Positions 45,066 through 53,827 of a stretch of DNA of 64,000 nt are shown here, in pieces. The translations under genes and the position numbers were made by a program. Source of the stretch: an uncultured delta proteobacterium (GTDB lineage Bacteria > Desulfobacterota > Desulfuromonadia > Geobacterales > Pseudopelobacteraceae); the NCBI GenBank assembly GCA_963772835.1, contig CAVYYZ010000012.1, positions 254,512-318,511 of the forward strand. The letters run 5' to 3'. Position 1 is the first letter of the stretch; the number at the start of each line of letters is the position of its first letter. Under the pieces are notes generated by a model. The model saw nothing but the letters and a program-made list of their open reading frames with translations, did no database searches and had not been told where the DNA came from.

Positions 45066-45217
45066 TAAATCGCCCCAAGTTTCTAAGACACTCCTGAGTT
45101 ATACAAAGAGGACTTCAGGAGGATCACATGAGCTACAAACGTTACGCCGAAGAATTTAAGTTAGAAGCAGTCAAACAGGTCACGGAACGAGGTCATCAAG
45201 TCTATGATGTCACATAG
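45066..45217 (+). mobile_element. IS3-family remnant: degenerate left inverted repeat plus a 29-codon truncated OrfA
   Basis: TAAATCGCCCCAAGTTTCTAAGACAC resembles IS3-family left ends. AGGAGG RBS precedes 45128-45217, MSYKRYAEEFKLEAVKQVTERGHQVYDVT*, an HTH_Tnp_1-like N-terminus. Confidence 0.8.
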
Positions 45218-45332
45218 CGATTTGCGCGAACTTGGCACTACATTGATACAGAAAAAAAGCTTGTTGCTCTTTGTGCTTTTGCGGCAGCACATATTTTTAT
45301 ATCTCGACTTTCATCTGCCAAATATCTCTCTC

Positions 45333-45356
45333 CTAATCATCAGCTAAGTTTTTACC
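45333..45356 (+). promoter_or_regulatory. Candidate OmpR-family regulator box, copy 1 (PepSY promoter)
   Basis: CTAATCATCAGCTAAGTTTTTACC, a CTAAT/CTAAG direct repeat with 11-bp period. Confidence 0.7.
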
Positions 45357-45411
45357 TCTAGAGTTAAAATCATGCAGCAGAGATGCATAAAAAACTCTTG
45401 GAGGTAACAGT

Positions 45412-45747
45412 ATGAAACGCACGATCAAAGTAGCACTGACACTCGCCGCCCTTTCCACCGTAGGCGTATTGGCCGCACACGCATCGAAATCCGCTGAGAA
45501 CGATGCCTTAGCCATAAAACAGGCTGGGATCACTCTTACTCAGGCAGTTCAGGCTGCGGAACAGCACGTCAATGGCAAGGCGGTCAAGGCCGAGTTTGAA
45601 CATGGCAAAAAAGGGTGGGTATTTGATGTCGAAGTCGTCGCTGAAAACAAAACCTACGATGTTGCAGTAGACCCGGCCAAGGGGGTCGTCCTCACAGCAC
45701 AAGAGGACAAGGCCGACCATGATGACGGCGAGGACAAGGAGGATTAA
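45412..45747 (+). CDS. Exported PepSY-domain protein with an acidic tail
   Basis: Signal peptide, ITLTQAVQAA..GKAVKAEFE..FDVEV..VAVDPAKGVVL, and tail EDKADHDDGEDKED. Confidence 0.88.
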   Translation: MKRTIKVALTLAALSTVGVLAAHASKSAENDALAIKQAGITLTQAVQAAEQHVNGKAVKAEFEHGKKGWVFDVEVVAENKTYDVAVDPAKGVVLTAQEDKADHDDGEDKED

Positions 45748-45778
45748 CCGCACGTAGCAGGGAAGGAAAAGAATATCG

Positions 45779-45808
45779 GCCGGGGGCGTTAATCCCCCGG
45801 CTTCTTTC
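45779..45808 (+). terminator. Rho-independent terminator after the PepSY gene
   Basis: GCCGGGGG-CGTTAAT-CCCCCGGC followed by TTCTTTC. Confidence 0.7.
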
Positions 45809-45842
45809 TGTGCGGAAAAAGAGTCCCGCAAAATACGTACTG

Positions 45843-45866
45843 CTAATTTTCAGCTAAGTTTCCACC
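45843..45866 (+). promoter_or_regulatory. Candidate OmpR-family regulator box, copy 2 (PAP2 operon promoter)
   Basis: CTAATTTTCAGCTAAGTTTCCACC, 20/24 identical to copy 1. Confidence 0.7.
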
Positions 45867-45900
45867 GGTATATTTGTTTTTTATTTGCCACGGAGTTGAC

Positions 45901-46497
45901 ATGGAAGAACTGAACCAAGCACTGTTTTTAATGATTAACTCCCCGGCTCATCCCCCGGTTCTGTTGTTGGACATGGCGCTGGGACTGGCAGATTGGAGCA
46001 TCTGGCTGATACCTTTGATGCTGACACTTGGCTGGCTGCGAGGCGGAGAGAAGACGCGCATACTGTTCCTGGTGGCTGCAACATCCGGATTGCTGGGTCT
46101 GCTGTTTAATCAGCTGATCGGCCTTGCCTGGCAGCACCCGCGTCCATTCATGATCGGTCTGGGGCATACTTTTCTTGCTCATTCCCCGGATTCATCTTTT
46201 CCCAGTGACCATCTGACCCTGATCTGGGCGGTTGCATTCAATTTATTTCTTCACAAGGGCTATCGTGTAGCCGGACTGTGTCTCACTCTTGTGGGGTTGC
46301 CGGTAGCCTGGGCAAGGATATATCTGGGAGTGCATTTCCCGTTGGACATGGCCGGTGCAGCTCTGGTGGCTCTGGCCAGCACTCGACTGGTTCTCTATGG
46401 GGAACACGTTATTGCGGAACGCCTGTATCAGCCACTACTGACACTCTACCGTCTGCTGGCAGCTCCACTGATTCGGCGCGGTTGGGTGTTGGATTAG
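45901..46497 (+). CDS. PAP2 phosphatase, BcrC/YbjG-like (putative undecaprenyl-PP phosphatase)
   Basis: HPRPF, SFPSDH and ARIYLGVHFPLD. Confidence 0.88.
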   Translation: MEELNQALFLMINSPAHPPVLLLDMALGLADWSIWLIPLMLTLGWLRGGEKTRILFLVAATSGLLGLLFNQLIGLAWQHPRPFMIGLGHTFLAHSPDSSFPSDHLTLIWAVAFNLFLHKGYRVAGLCLTLVGLPVAWARIYLGVHFPLDMAGAALVALASTRLVLYGEHVIAERLYQPLLTLYRLLAAPLIRRGWVLD

Positions 46498-46527
46498 CGT
46501 AGACCTACAATACAAAAGGAGAAAACT

Positions 46528-47313
46528 GTGAAAATACAACTTAGCGAAGGCACAAAACATATGCTCAACAAGGTTCCGGAAGTTACGATCTACTTCTGGC
46601 TCATCAAGATAATGGCAACCACTGTTGGTGAGACCGCGGCAGATTTTCTTAACGTCAACTTAAATCTCGGCCTGACCGGCACCTCGGTTGTCATGGGGGT
46701 TTTGCTGGCAGTATTCCTGGTTATTCAGCTTTGTGTCAGAAAATACCTCCCCTGGCTCTACTGGCTGGTTGTTGTTCTGATCAGCGTAGTAGGAACGCTT
46801 ATCACTGACAACCTTGTGGATAACCTCGGCATGACATTACAAACAACGACCATCATCTTCGGTGTCGCATTACTGGCCACTTTCGTCGTGTGGTACTCCT
46901 ATGAAAGGACCCTGTCCATCCACACCATAGTTACCACCAGACGCGAACTGTTCTATTGGGCGGCCATTTTATTTACATTTGCACTTGGAACGGCCGCAGG
47001 TGATCTGACCGCAGAAGGCCTGGGGTTGGGATATGCAAAATCGGCTCTGCTGTTTGGTTCTCTGATCGGTTTGACAACTATTTCCTATTACCTTTTCAAG
47101 ATAAATGCAGTTGCTGCATTCTGGATCGCCTACATTCTGACCCGTCCACTGGGTGCATCCTTCGGCGACTTGCTCTCGCAACCGGTTGCAAATGGTGGTC
47201 TGGGTCTCGGCACCGTTGTCACGAGCATGCTCTTTTTGGTGAGTATCGCCGCCATGGTGATCTATTTGACCCTCATACAGAAAAAACCTGTTATCCCAAA
47301 TTTAACCATCTGA
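46528..47313 (+). CDS. COG4705/DUF347 integral membrane protein
   Basis: KVPEVTIYFW..ATTVGETAAD, RRELFYW..TFALGTAAGD and YILTRPLGASFGD internal repeats. Confidence 0.85.
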   Translation: MKIQLSEGTKHMLNKVPEVTIYFWLIKIMATTVGETAADFLNVNLNLGLTGTSVVMGVLLAVFLVIQLCVRKYLPWLYWLVVVLISVVGTLITDNLVDNLGMTLQTTTIIFGVALLATFVVWYSYERTLSIHTIVTTRRELFYWAAILFTFALGTAAGDLTAEGLGLGYAKSALLFGSLIGLTTISYYLFKINAVAAFWIAYILTRPLGASFGDLLSQPVANGGLGLGTVVTSMLFLVSIAAMVIYLTLIQKKPVIPNLTI

Positions 47314-47341
47314 TGGAATCTCGGAAGCACAAGGAGTTTAA

Positions 47342-48274
47342 ATGCCTCATACCTCACCATTTATGTTTTCAGTTGCGACTCGCAGATGGTTGATAAGAAT
47401 CACTCCGCTTCTGATACTGTTTGCAACGCTTCCCGCGTATGCAGAAACGCTGTCGGATCCGCCTAAAGAACTGCCGTCAGCAGTGTTATTTGAAAAAAAC
47501 AATTCCAGCCACATCCCGGTTATGCCGGTTGAACAACCGGATAGAATCAGCGGTGAATACGTCAAAGGATACGTAACGGACACTGGCAACATGCTGACTT
47601 CACCAGTGAATTGGGACGGGAGCGACTGGTTAAAAGCCGGGCTGGTTATTGGGGCCGCCTCAGGGCTTTATCTTGCAGATGCAGACATAAAGAACTTCGC
47701 TCAGAGAAATCAGAGTTCAAGCGGGGATAAAGGTGCTGCGATCGGAAATGCAATTGGCAACCCGCTCTATACCTTGCCGTCACTCGGCCTGTTCTATCTG
47801 TACGGCCACCTCAATGAAGATCCGAAGGCGCGCCGGGCTTCCTTGCTCGCAGTAGAAAGTCTTGCTATTAGTGGTGGTTTCACTTGGGTCATTAAAACGA
47901 CAGCTCAGAGACCCCGCCCATATACCGGGGAAGCTTCCACAACGTGGAATGGTCCCAGTCTCAAGATGAGTAACACCTCCTTCCCCTCCGGCCATACGAC
48001 AGCAGCTTTTTCGATTGCATCAGTTCTTGCCGAAGAATACGGCTCCAATCCATATGTGCCGCCAATTGCATACGGCTTGGCTTCGCTCACTGTTTTTGCA
48101 CGCGTCTATGACAATAAACACTGGGCATCAGACGCCTTTTTTGGCGGGGCAATCGGATACTTTGTCGGGAAAGCGGTAGTTAAATATCATACGTCGCAAA
48201 GCGTCAACGCCTTAAAAATATTGCCGACCGTTAGCCAACGAGGATTCGGACTTATGACGGAATACCGTTTTTGA
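47342..48274 (+). CDS. Exported PAP2-family phosphatase
   Basis: Signal-peptide-like N-terminus, K..AQRPRP, SFPSGH and ARVYDNKHWASD. Confidence 0.88.
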   Translation: MPHTSPFMFSVATRRWLIRITPLLILFATLPAYAETLSDPPKELPSAVLFEKNNSSHIPVMPVEQPDRISGEYVKGYVTDTGNMLTSPVNWDGSDWLKAGLVIGAASGLYLADADIKNFAQRNQSSSGDKGAAIGNAIGNPLYTLPSLGLFYLYGHLNEDPKARRASLLAVESLAISGGFTWVIKTTAQRPRPYTGEASTTWNGPSLKMSNTSFPSGHTTAAFSIASVLAEEYGSNPYVPPIAYGLASLTVFARVYDNKHWASDAFFGGAIGYFVGKAVVKYHTSQSVNALKILPTVSQRGFGLMTEYRF

Positions 48275-48405
48275 TAACTGCATTAGTCGTTCAAATGAAA
48301 AAAATGAGAATATCTTTCTAACCTGTTGAATGCGTAATAACGAAGATCTGACCGGTGATGGGCCGCCGCAAAACATCTATTTTCTTTTGAAAGGAGGTGA
48401 TACAA

Positions 48406-48648
48406 ATGACCATACAACCGGCAGCACAGCAAACAAAAGCCGCTCAGACGCAGCAGATTGCGCCGGAGCCCAAAACCACCGAGACCGCAGCGGCAAAAAC
48501 CGCCACCGTATCAAAGGTCCAGACGGATTCAGTGACTCTTTCGAAACAGGCTATGCAACTGAATAATTCCCCCGGTTATACTGCTGGGGAAGAAGCGTCA
48601 GAGAGCCCAGCCGCAAAAGCGGCAGAAAAACAGAAAGGACAACGATGA
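48406..48648 (+). CDS. Small low-complexity hypothetical protein (80 aa)
   Basis: Strong AAGGAGGTGA RBS before ATG 48406; Q/T/A-rich with a DSVTLS motif. Confidence 0.7.
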   Translation: MTIQPAAQQTKAAQTQQIAPEPKTTETAAAKTATVSKVQTDSVTLSKQAMQLNNSPGYTAGEEASESPAAKAAEKQKGQR

Positions 48649-48720
48649 AGGAGCAGAACCTTTACATATAGCGCATAACAACGTTGCGGCGGCGCCTCAC
48701 CGGCCTGATTTTACTGTAGC

Positions 48721-49443
48721 ATGCTTCTGGAGAATCTCATGAATATACGTTGGGCAGAAGTTTTGTTTGTGCTCTTGTTCCTTATCACAGGAACTGTTCT
48801 GATTGCCTGTACCGGCGCAGATCTGACGGTATCGTCCTGTTTCTATCAGTCCGGTGGCTGGCCGGTTGGAGAGCGTTTCCCATGGAAGCTGCTTTATCGC
48901 CTGGATCGCTACCCGGCGCTTATTATGGCGATATTTGGCCTCTGCGCTGCCATTTACGGTAGCTTTAAACCACAATGGCGTCCATGGCGCCGTCAGGGAA
49001 TTTTTCTAGTCCTGCTACTGGCCCTCGGACCGGGATTAATGGTAAATGCCGTTTTCAAGGATCATTGGGGCCGTCCTCGCCCTCGTGACGTTATTGAATT
49101 TGGCGGAACGAAACAGTTTCATCAACCCTGGCAGGCTGAAATAAACGGCAAGGGACGTTCCTTCCCCTGTGGGCACGGTTCAGCTGCCTTCTATCTAACG
49201 GCACCGTTTTACATCTATCGTCGTTCCAAACCTGCAATTGCACGGAAATGGCTTGCAGGTGGTCTTGTTTTTGGACTGCTTATGAGTTATGCCCGCATTG
49301 CACAGGGTGGGCACTTTTTGAGTGACGTGCTCTGGGCCTGGGGGATGGTTCACATAACTGCGCTACTATTATCGGCGCTGCTGCTGTCGTGCCAAAGGCA
49401 CGTGGTATATTCACAACTCCACGGTGAATTGCGGGAGACCTGA
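48721..49443 (+). CDS. Membrane PAP2 phosphatase (lipid A phosphatase-like subgroup)
   Basis: KDHWGRPRP, SFPCGH and ARIAQGGHFLSD; several TM helices. Confidence 0.87.
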   Translation: MLLENLMNIRWAEVLFVLLFLITGTVLIACTGADLTVSSCFYQSGGWPVGERFPWKLLYRLDRYPALIMAIFGLCAAIYGSFKPQWRPWRRQGIFLVLLLALGPGLMVNAVFKDHWGRPRPRDVIEFGGTKQFHQPWQAEINGKGRSFPCGHGSAAFYLTAPFYIYRRSKPAIARKWLAGGLVFGLLMSYARIAQGGHFLSDVLWAWGMVHITALLLSALLLSCQRHVVYSQLHGELRET

Positions 49444-49523
49444 TGAGGGTACTGCTGTTTGAAGATGACAGGATGATAGGTGAGGCGCTGGTGCAGGCGT
49501 TGAGGGACGCCGCCTACGCCTGA
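49443..49523 (+). pseudogene. Truncated duplicate of the response regulator 5' end (26 codons)
   Basis: MRVLLFEDDRMIGEALVQALRDAAYA* versus MRVLLVEDDRMIGEALVQALKDAAYA at 50831. Confidence 0.9.
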
Positions 49524-49601
49524 AAGGTAAAAGGTTTGACCGTTGATTTTCTTTGTAGTTTGTACGAGGCATAAAATTATGCGTTTTTTCGGAGCGACCG
49601 G

Positions 49602-50831
49602 TTGCAAGTAACAAGCAGAGAAAAAAGTACATTAAGCCAGATCCCCACCGGGGTGTGGGTACTTGGATTTGTCAGTCTGTTGATGGATATTTCTTCGGAA
49701 ATGATCCATAGTCTGCTGCCGCTATTCATGATTACAACACTGGGCGTTGGTGCATTGACCGTAGGGATGATTGAAGGATTGGCTGAATCCACAGCACTGA
49801 TCGTCAAGGTTTTTTCAGGTGCGTTGAGTGATTACCTTGGCAGGCGAAAGGGACTGGCCGTGCTGGGCTATGCGCTTGGTGCGATGACCAAGCCGTTATT
49901 TGCGATGGCACCCGGCATCGGCACCGTAATCACCGCCCGCTTGCTGGATCGAGTCGGCAAAGGGGTGCGCGGTGCTCCACGGGATGCCCTCATCGCTGAC
50001 ATTGTGCCGTTGCATCTACGTGGCGCCGCGTTTGGTCTGCGCCAGTCACTCGATACGGTTGGAGCTTTTCTTGGCCCTTTGCTGGCAGTTGTCTTGATGC
50101 TGCTTTGGGGCAACAATTATCGTGCCGTGTTTTGGGTGGCTGTGATTCCGGGTTTTCTTGCTGTCGCGTTACTCTTCTTTGGTCTGCGCGAACCGGAACA
50201 TCCTCAGGTTGAAAAACGAACCAACCCGATCCAACGGGAAAATTTGAAACGTCTCGGTGCTTCTTACTGGTGGGTGGTTGGCATAGGGTCAGTATTCACG
50301 TTAGCCCGGTTTAGTGAAGCATTCCTGGTAATGCGCGTACAGCAGGGTGGTGTTCCGGTTGCTCTGATACCACTGGTAATGGTGGCAATGAATCTGGTTT
50401 ACACATTAACGGCGTACCCTTTCGGCAAGCTTTCGGATAAAATGAGCCACAGCAAGCTGCTTGCATCAGGATTAATCGTACTTATTCTTGCCGATCTGGT
50501 TTTGGCGACCAGCAATCATTGGAGTTTTGTTTTGGCAGGAGTTGCCCTCTGGGGCGTCCATTTGGGCATGACACAAGGGTTGCTGGCAACGATGGTGGCA
50601 CATACCGCTCCAGACGATTTGCGCGGAACGGCTTTTGGGTTTTTCAACCTTTTGAGTGGGCTGGCAATGCTTCTGGCGAGCCTGCTGGCGGGGCTTTTGT
50701 GGGAGAGGCTGGGAGCGTCTTTTACTTTCTGCACAGGCGCTGTTTTTTGTGTAGTGGCCTTGTTGGCGCTGCTGTCACACCAGAGAAATTTTGTATATTC
50801 GTCGGGTAGCGGCGATCAACAGGATAAATGA
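49602..50831 (+). CDS. MFS transporter
   Basis: Motif A GALSDYLGRRK, DRVGKGVRGAPRDAL and about 12 hydrophobic segments. Confidence 0.92.
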   Translation: MQVTSREKSTLSQIPTGVWVLGFVSLLMDISSEMIHSLLPLFMITTLGVGALTVGMIEGLAESTALIVKVFSGALSDYLGRRKGLAVLGYALGAMTKPLFAMAPGIGTVITARLLDRVGKGVRGAPRDALIADIVPLHLRGAAFGLRQSLDTVGAFLGPLLAVVLMLLWGNNYRAVFWVAVIPGFLAVALLFFGLREPEHPQVEKRTNPIQRENLKRLGASYWWVVGIGSVFTLARFSEAFLVMRVQQGGVPVALIPLVMVAMNLVYTLTAYPFGKLSDKMSHSKLLASGLIVLILADLVLATSNHWSFVLAGVALWGVHLGMTQGLLATMVAHTAPDDLRGTAFGFFNLLSGLAMLLASLLAGLLWERLGASFTFCTGAVFCVVALLALLSHQRNFVYSSGSGDQQDK

Positions 50832-51493
50832 TGCGGGTACTGCTGGTTGAAGATGACAGGATGATTGGTGAGGCGCTGGTACAGGCATTGAAGGACGCTG
50901 CCTACGCCGTGGATTGGGTGAGGGATGGGGTCACGGCCTCTGAAGCGATTGAAACCGGCGAATATGAAATTGTGATTCTTGATCTGGGACTCCCCAAACA
51001 GGACGGTCTTGTCGTATTGGAACGGATGCGCAGTCGCGGCGACAGCGCCGCCGTACTGATAGTGACGGCTCGGGATGGCCTTGATGATCGGATTAAGGGG
51101 TTGGATCTGGGCGCGGACGACTATCTGGTCAAGCCATTTGCCGCCGGTGAGCTGCTTGCCCGTATGCGGGCAGTTGAACGACGTCTCCGTGGGCAAGCAT
51201 TACCGTTGTTGACCAACGGCCTCCTGTCGCTTGACCCGGCAACCAAGGAGGTTCGGTGCGGCGAGCAACTCTGCCGTTTGTCTGCACGGGAGTTTTCACT
51301 GTTGCAAGCTCTATTGACCCGTCCCGGAGCCATCTTGTCACGTGATGAGCTGGAAACCCGTATCTACGGTTGGAACGAAGAGGTAGAAAGCAACGCCGTC
51401 GAGTTCCTGATTCATGCCGTGCGTAAAAAACTGGGGAGTGATACTATACGAAACGTGCGGGGGATGGGATGGATGGTGGACCGAAACAGATGA
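50831..51493 (+). CDS. OmpR-family response regulator, QseB/PmrA-like (ATG 50828 or 50831)
   Basis: VLLVEDD, ILDLGLP, GADDYLVKPF and wHTH ESNAVEFLIHAVRKKLG..IRNVRGMG. Confidence 0.95.
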   Translation: MRVLLVEDDRMIGEALVQALKDAAYAVDWVRDGVTASEAIETGEYEIVILDLGLPKQDGLVVLERMRSRGDSAAVLIVTARDGLDDRIKGLDLGADDYLVKPFAAGELLARMRAVERRLRGQALPLLTNGLLSLDPATKEVRCGEQLCRLSAREFSLLQALLTRPGAILSRDELETRIYGWNEEVESNAVEFLIHAVRKKLGSDTIRNVRGMGWMVDRNR

Positions 51494-52818
51494 ACAAATC
51501 ACTGCGGCGACAACTTTCCGGATGGATAGCTGCTGTCACGATTATCAGCGGTATAGCTGCTGGAGGATGCTCGTTCTTCCTGACATTTCAGGAAGCTCGC
51601 GAACTGCAGGATGACCAGCTCCGTCAGTTGGCACTATTGGTAGATCGTTCCGGCGCCTCAACTGACACGTGGGCAAGTCCTGTTGGTAACTTCGACGAAA
51701 GTGATCCCGATGCGCGGATAATTATACGCACACTTGGGGTGCCACCACAGGCGGAAAAGTCCGCTCAGTCGTTTGCTCTAGCGGAGATTCCATCCAGTCT
51801 GTCGGAGGGTTTCCAGACTATTGACAGTAATGGAGATGCCTGGCGGCTGTTTGTTCGTACTCTACCGTCTGGCAAGAGAATCGCAGTAGGTCAGTTGACG
51901 GAAATTCGTAACGAAATAGCCCGGAACAGCGGATTACGTACTCTTGTTCCAGTATTACTTTTGGTACCGTTCCTGACCCTTTTGACCGCCTGGATTATTC
52001 GGCAATCACTCTCACCTGTCACTAATCTCTCACATTTGCTGGACCAACAGGACGACTCCAATTTGGCCAAACTTCCAGAAACCGGCGTGCCAGAGGAGAT
52101 CAGACCTTTTGTCTCATCCATCAACCGCCTGATGTATCGTCTTTCAGAGGTGCTTGAACAGCAACGCCGCTTCATCGCCGATGCAGCACACGAGCTTCGC
52201 TCGCCGATAATGGCCCTGACCCTGCAGGCTGAAAATCTGGAAAGGGGTGCTTCGCCTCAGGAACGGTCAGAGCGTTTCCAGCAGCTTAAAAAGGGGCTGG
52301 CCCGTACCCGCACACTGCTGAATCAATTGCTTTCTCTGGCTCGGCAACAATCCTGTATTTTTTCCGCTGTTGAACTGCGCCTTGACCAGCTTGTCCGGCA
52401 GGTACTCGAGGATATGATGCCTATAGCTGCAGCAAAAGGGATTGATCTGGGATGTGAACGTCTTGACGAGGTTGCCGTGACCGCTCCTGCCGATGCGTTG
52501 GTCATTCTGATGCGCAACGCACTTGATAATGCTGTCCGCTATACCTCTGCTGGAGGGAAGGTAGATGTGGAGCTATATCGTGAAGAAGGACAGGCGATCT
52601 TTCAGGTAACCGACAACGGCTGCGGAATACCGGCTGGCGACGAGGAGCGGCTCTTTGAACCGTTTTACCGGGTTGCTGGTACAGATGAAGCCGGCAGCGG
52701 CCTGGGACTGGCTATTGTGCAGAGTATCGTAAACCGGCTGGGTGGCACGGTTACGCTTTGCAGCCGGAAAGATGGTCACGGCACCTTGTTTCGCTATATT
52801 TTCCCTTTGCCCCTATAA
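51490..52818 (+). CDS. Sensor histidine kinase, QseC/PmrB-like
   Basis: Two TM helices, periplasmic EARELQDDQL, HAMP, ADAAHELRSP, N box, DNGCG and GSGLGL. Confidence 0.95.
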   Translation: MNKSLRRQLSGWIAAVTIISGIAAGGCSFFLTFQEARELQDDQLRQLALLVDRSGASTDTWASPVGNFDESDPDARIIIRTLGVPPQAEKSAQSFALAEIPSSLSEGFQTIDSNGDAWRLFVRTLPSGKRIAVGQLTEIRNEIARNSGLRTLVPVLLLVPFLTLLTAWIIRQSLSPVTNLSHLLDQQDDSNLAKLPETGVPEEIRPFVSSINRLMYRLSEVLEQQRRFIADAAHELRSPIMALTLQAENLERGASPQERSERFQQLKKGLARTRTLLNQLLSLARQQSCIFSAVELRLDQLVRQVLEDMMPIAAAKGIDLGCERLDEVAVTAPADALVILMRNALDNAVRYTSAGGKVDVELYREEGQAIFQVTDNGCGIPAGDEERLFEPFYRVAGTDEAGSGLGLAIVQSIVNRLGGTVTLCSRKDGHGTLFRYIFPLPL

Positions 52819-53354
52819 GACTATGTCAAGATATAATCACATTAGCCTGTGCTCCCTCTCGCTGTGCGTCACTATGTTCTATTCGCGACCTTGCCCCTTC
52901 GGGACTGTTTTTATACGTAATTTGAAATTTACCTCGATATAGGCCACCGCAATTCTCGCATCAGGGATGAGAAAGCCGTTTGTTCAGATCAGATGGGCCG
53001 CCCAATGTACCCCGGATTATGCTTGTTGATTTAAAATGGTGATTAAAATATAGTGAGCCAACTAGGACGATGGTGAATCAGAATCGAAATACAATCCATA
53101 CTGCAAGAGAGCAATGTGTATGTAGCCGGCTTTGTATTTGAACCATAAAAGTCGGTATTTTCTTTAAGAGTTTTTTGTATTCAAATATTGCCACCAAATT
53201 CGCGAAATATAGTTCTTCTCATTTCTGTCTGACAGCATGATAGCAGGTTGAGATACTCGTATTTGCCGTACGCAAAGAGGTGCATGCGACTCACAGGCAG
53301 TAGGCAATAATCTCATTATTCCAAAGAATTTCATAACGGATAGGAGGTATTACT

Positions 53355-53606
53355 ATGAAAATCGAAGTTATTGAATCCGATGGTAAGGTCCGCAAAACCA
53401 TTTTCGGTAATGTATTGGAAGCCTTAAAAGCGTGTGGTATCAACGGAAAAGTGGTGATCGTCAATGATATTAAGACTATCTTGAAATACGGAGTGAAATC
53501 TGCACCTGCTTTGATAATAAATGGAATTGTGATATTTGCAGGAAAATCGCAGTCGTCGGAAGAAATTATAAAAATTCTGCAAAACAATCTACAAAACTTC
53601 AGTTGA
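53355..53606 (+). CDS. Small thioredoxin-fold protein (MTH895 / redox-active disulfide protein 2 family) lacking CxxC
   Basis: MKIEVI..., KYGVKSAPALIING..G..S.EEI; AGGAGG RBS. Confidence 0.75.
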   Translation: MKIEVIESDGKVRKTIFGNVLEALKACGINGKVVIVNDIKTILKYGVKSAPALIINGIVIFAGKSQSSEEIIKILQNNLQNFS

Positions 53607-53709
53607 TATTGTTGTGATCAATGAGAATTATCGGCTATTAAAGCGTACCCTCAAAATGTAGAATAATTCTGCTCAGCTACAGTCCAGTGTTGTTCAAAAA
53701 CCAGCCAGT

Positions 53710-53750
53710 AAAGGAAAAGGCCGCGTAATTCATACGTGGCCTTTTCCTTT
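53710..53750. terminator. Bidirectional Rho-independent terminator
   Basis: AAAGGAAAAGGCCGCGTA-ATTCA-TACGTGGCCTTTTCCTTT between convergent genes. Confidence 0.8.
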
Positions 53751-53827
53751 GTATATTGTAAATGGGGTATCGAACCTGGTCCCTTAATGTGTCTTCCTGA
53801 AATATTTTAACTCAACAGCGCATGGTT

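Noticed and set aside
40842..46823. Isolated perfect DnaA boxes at 40842-40850 and 46815-46823
   Set aside because: Single intragenic 9-mers; roughly this number can occur by chance in 64 kb.
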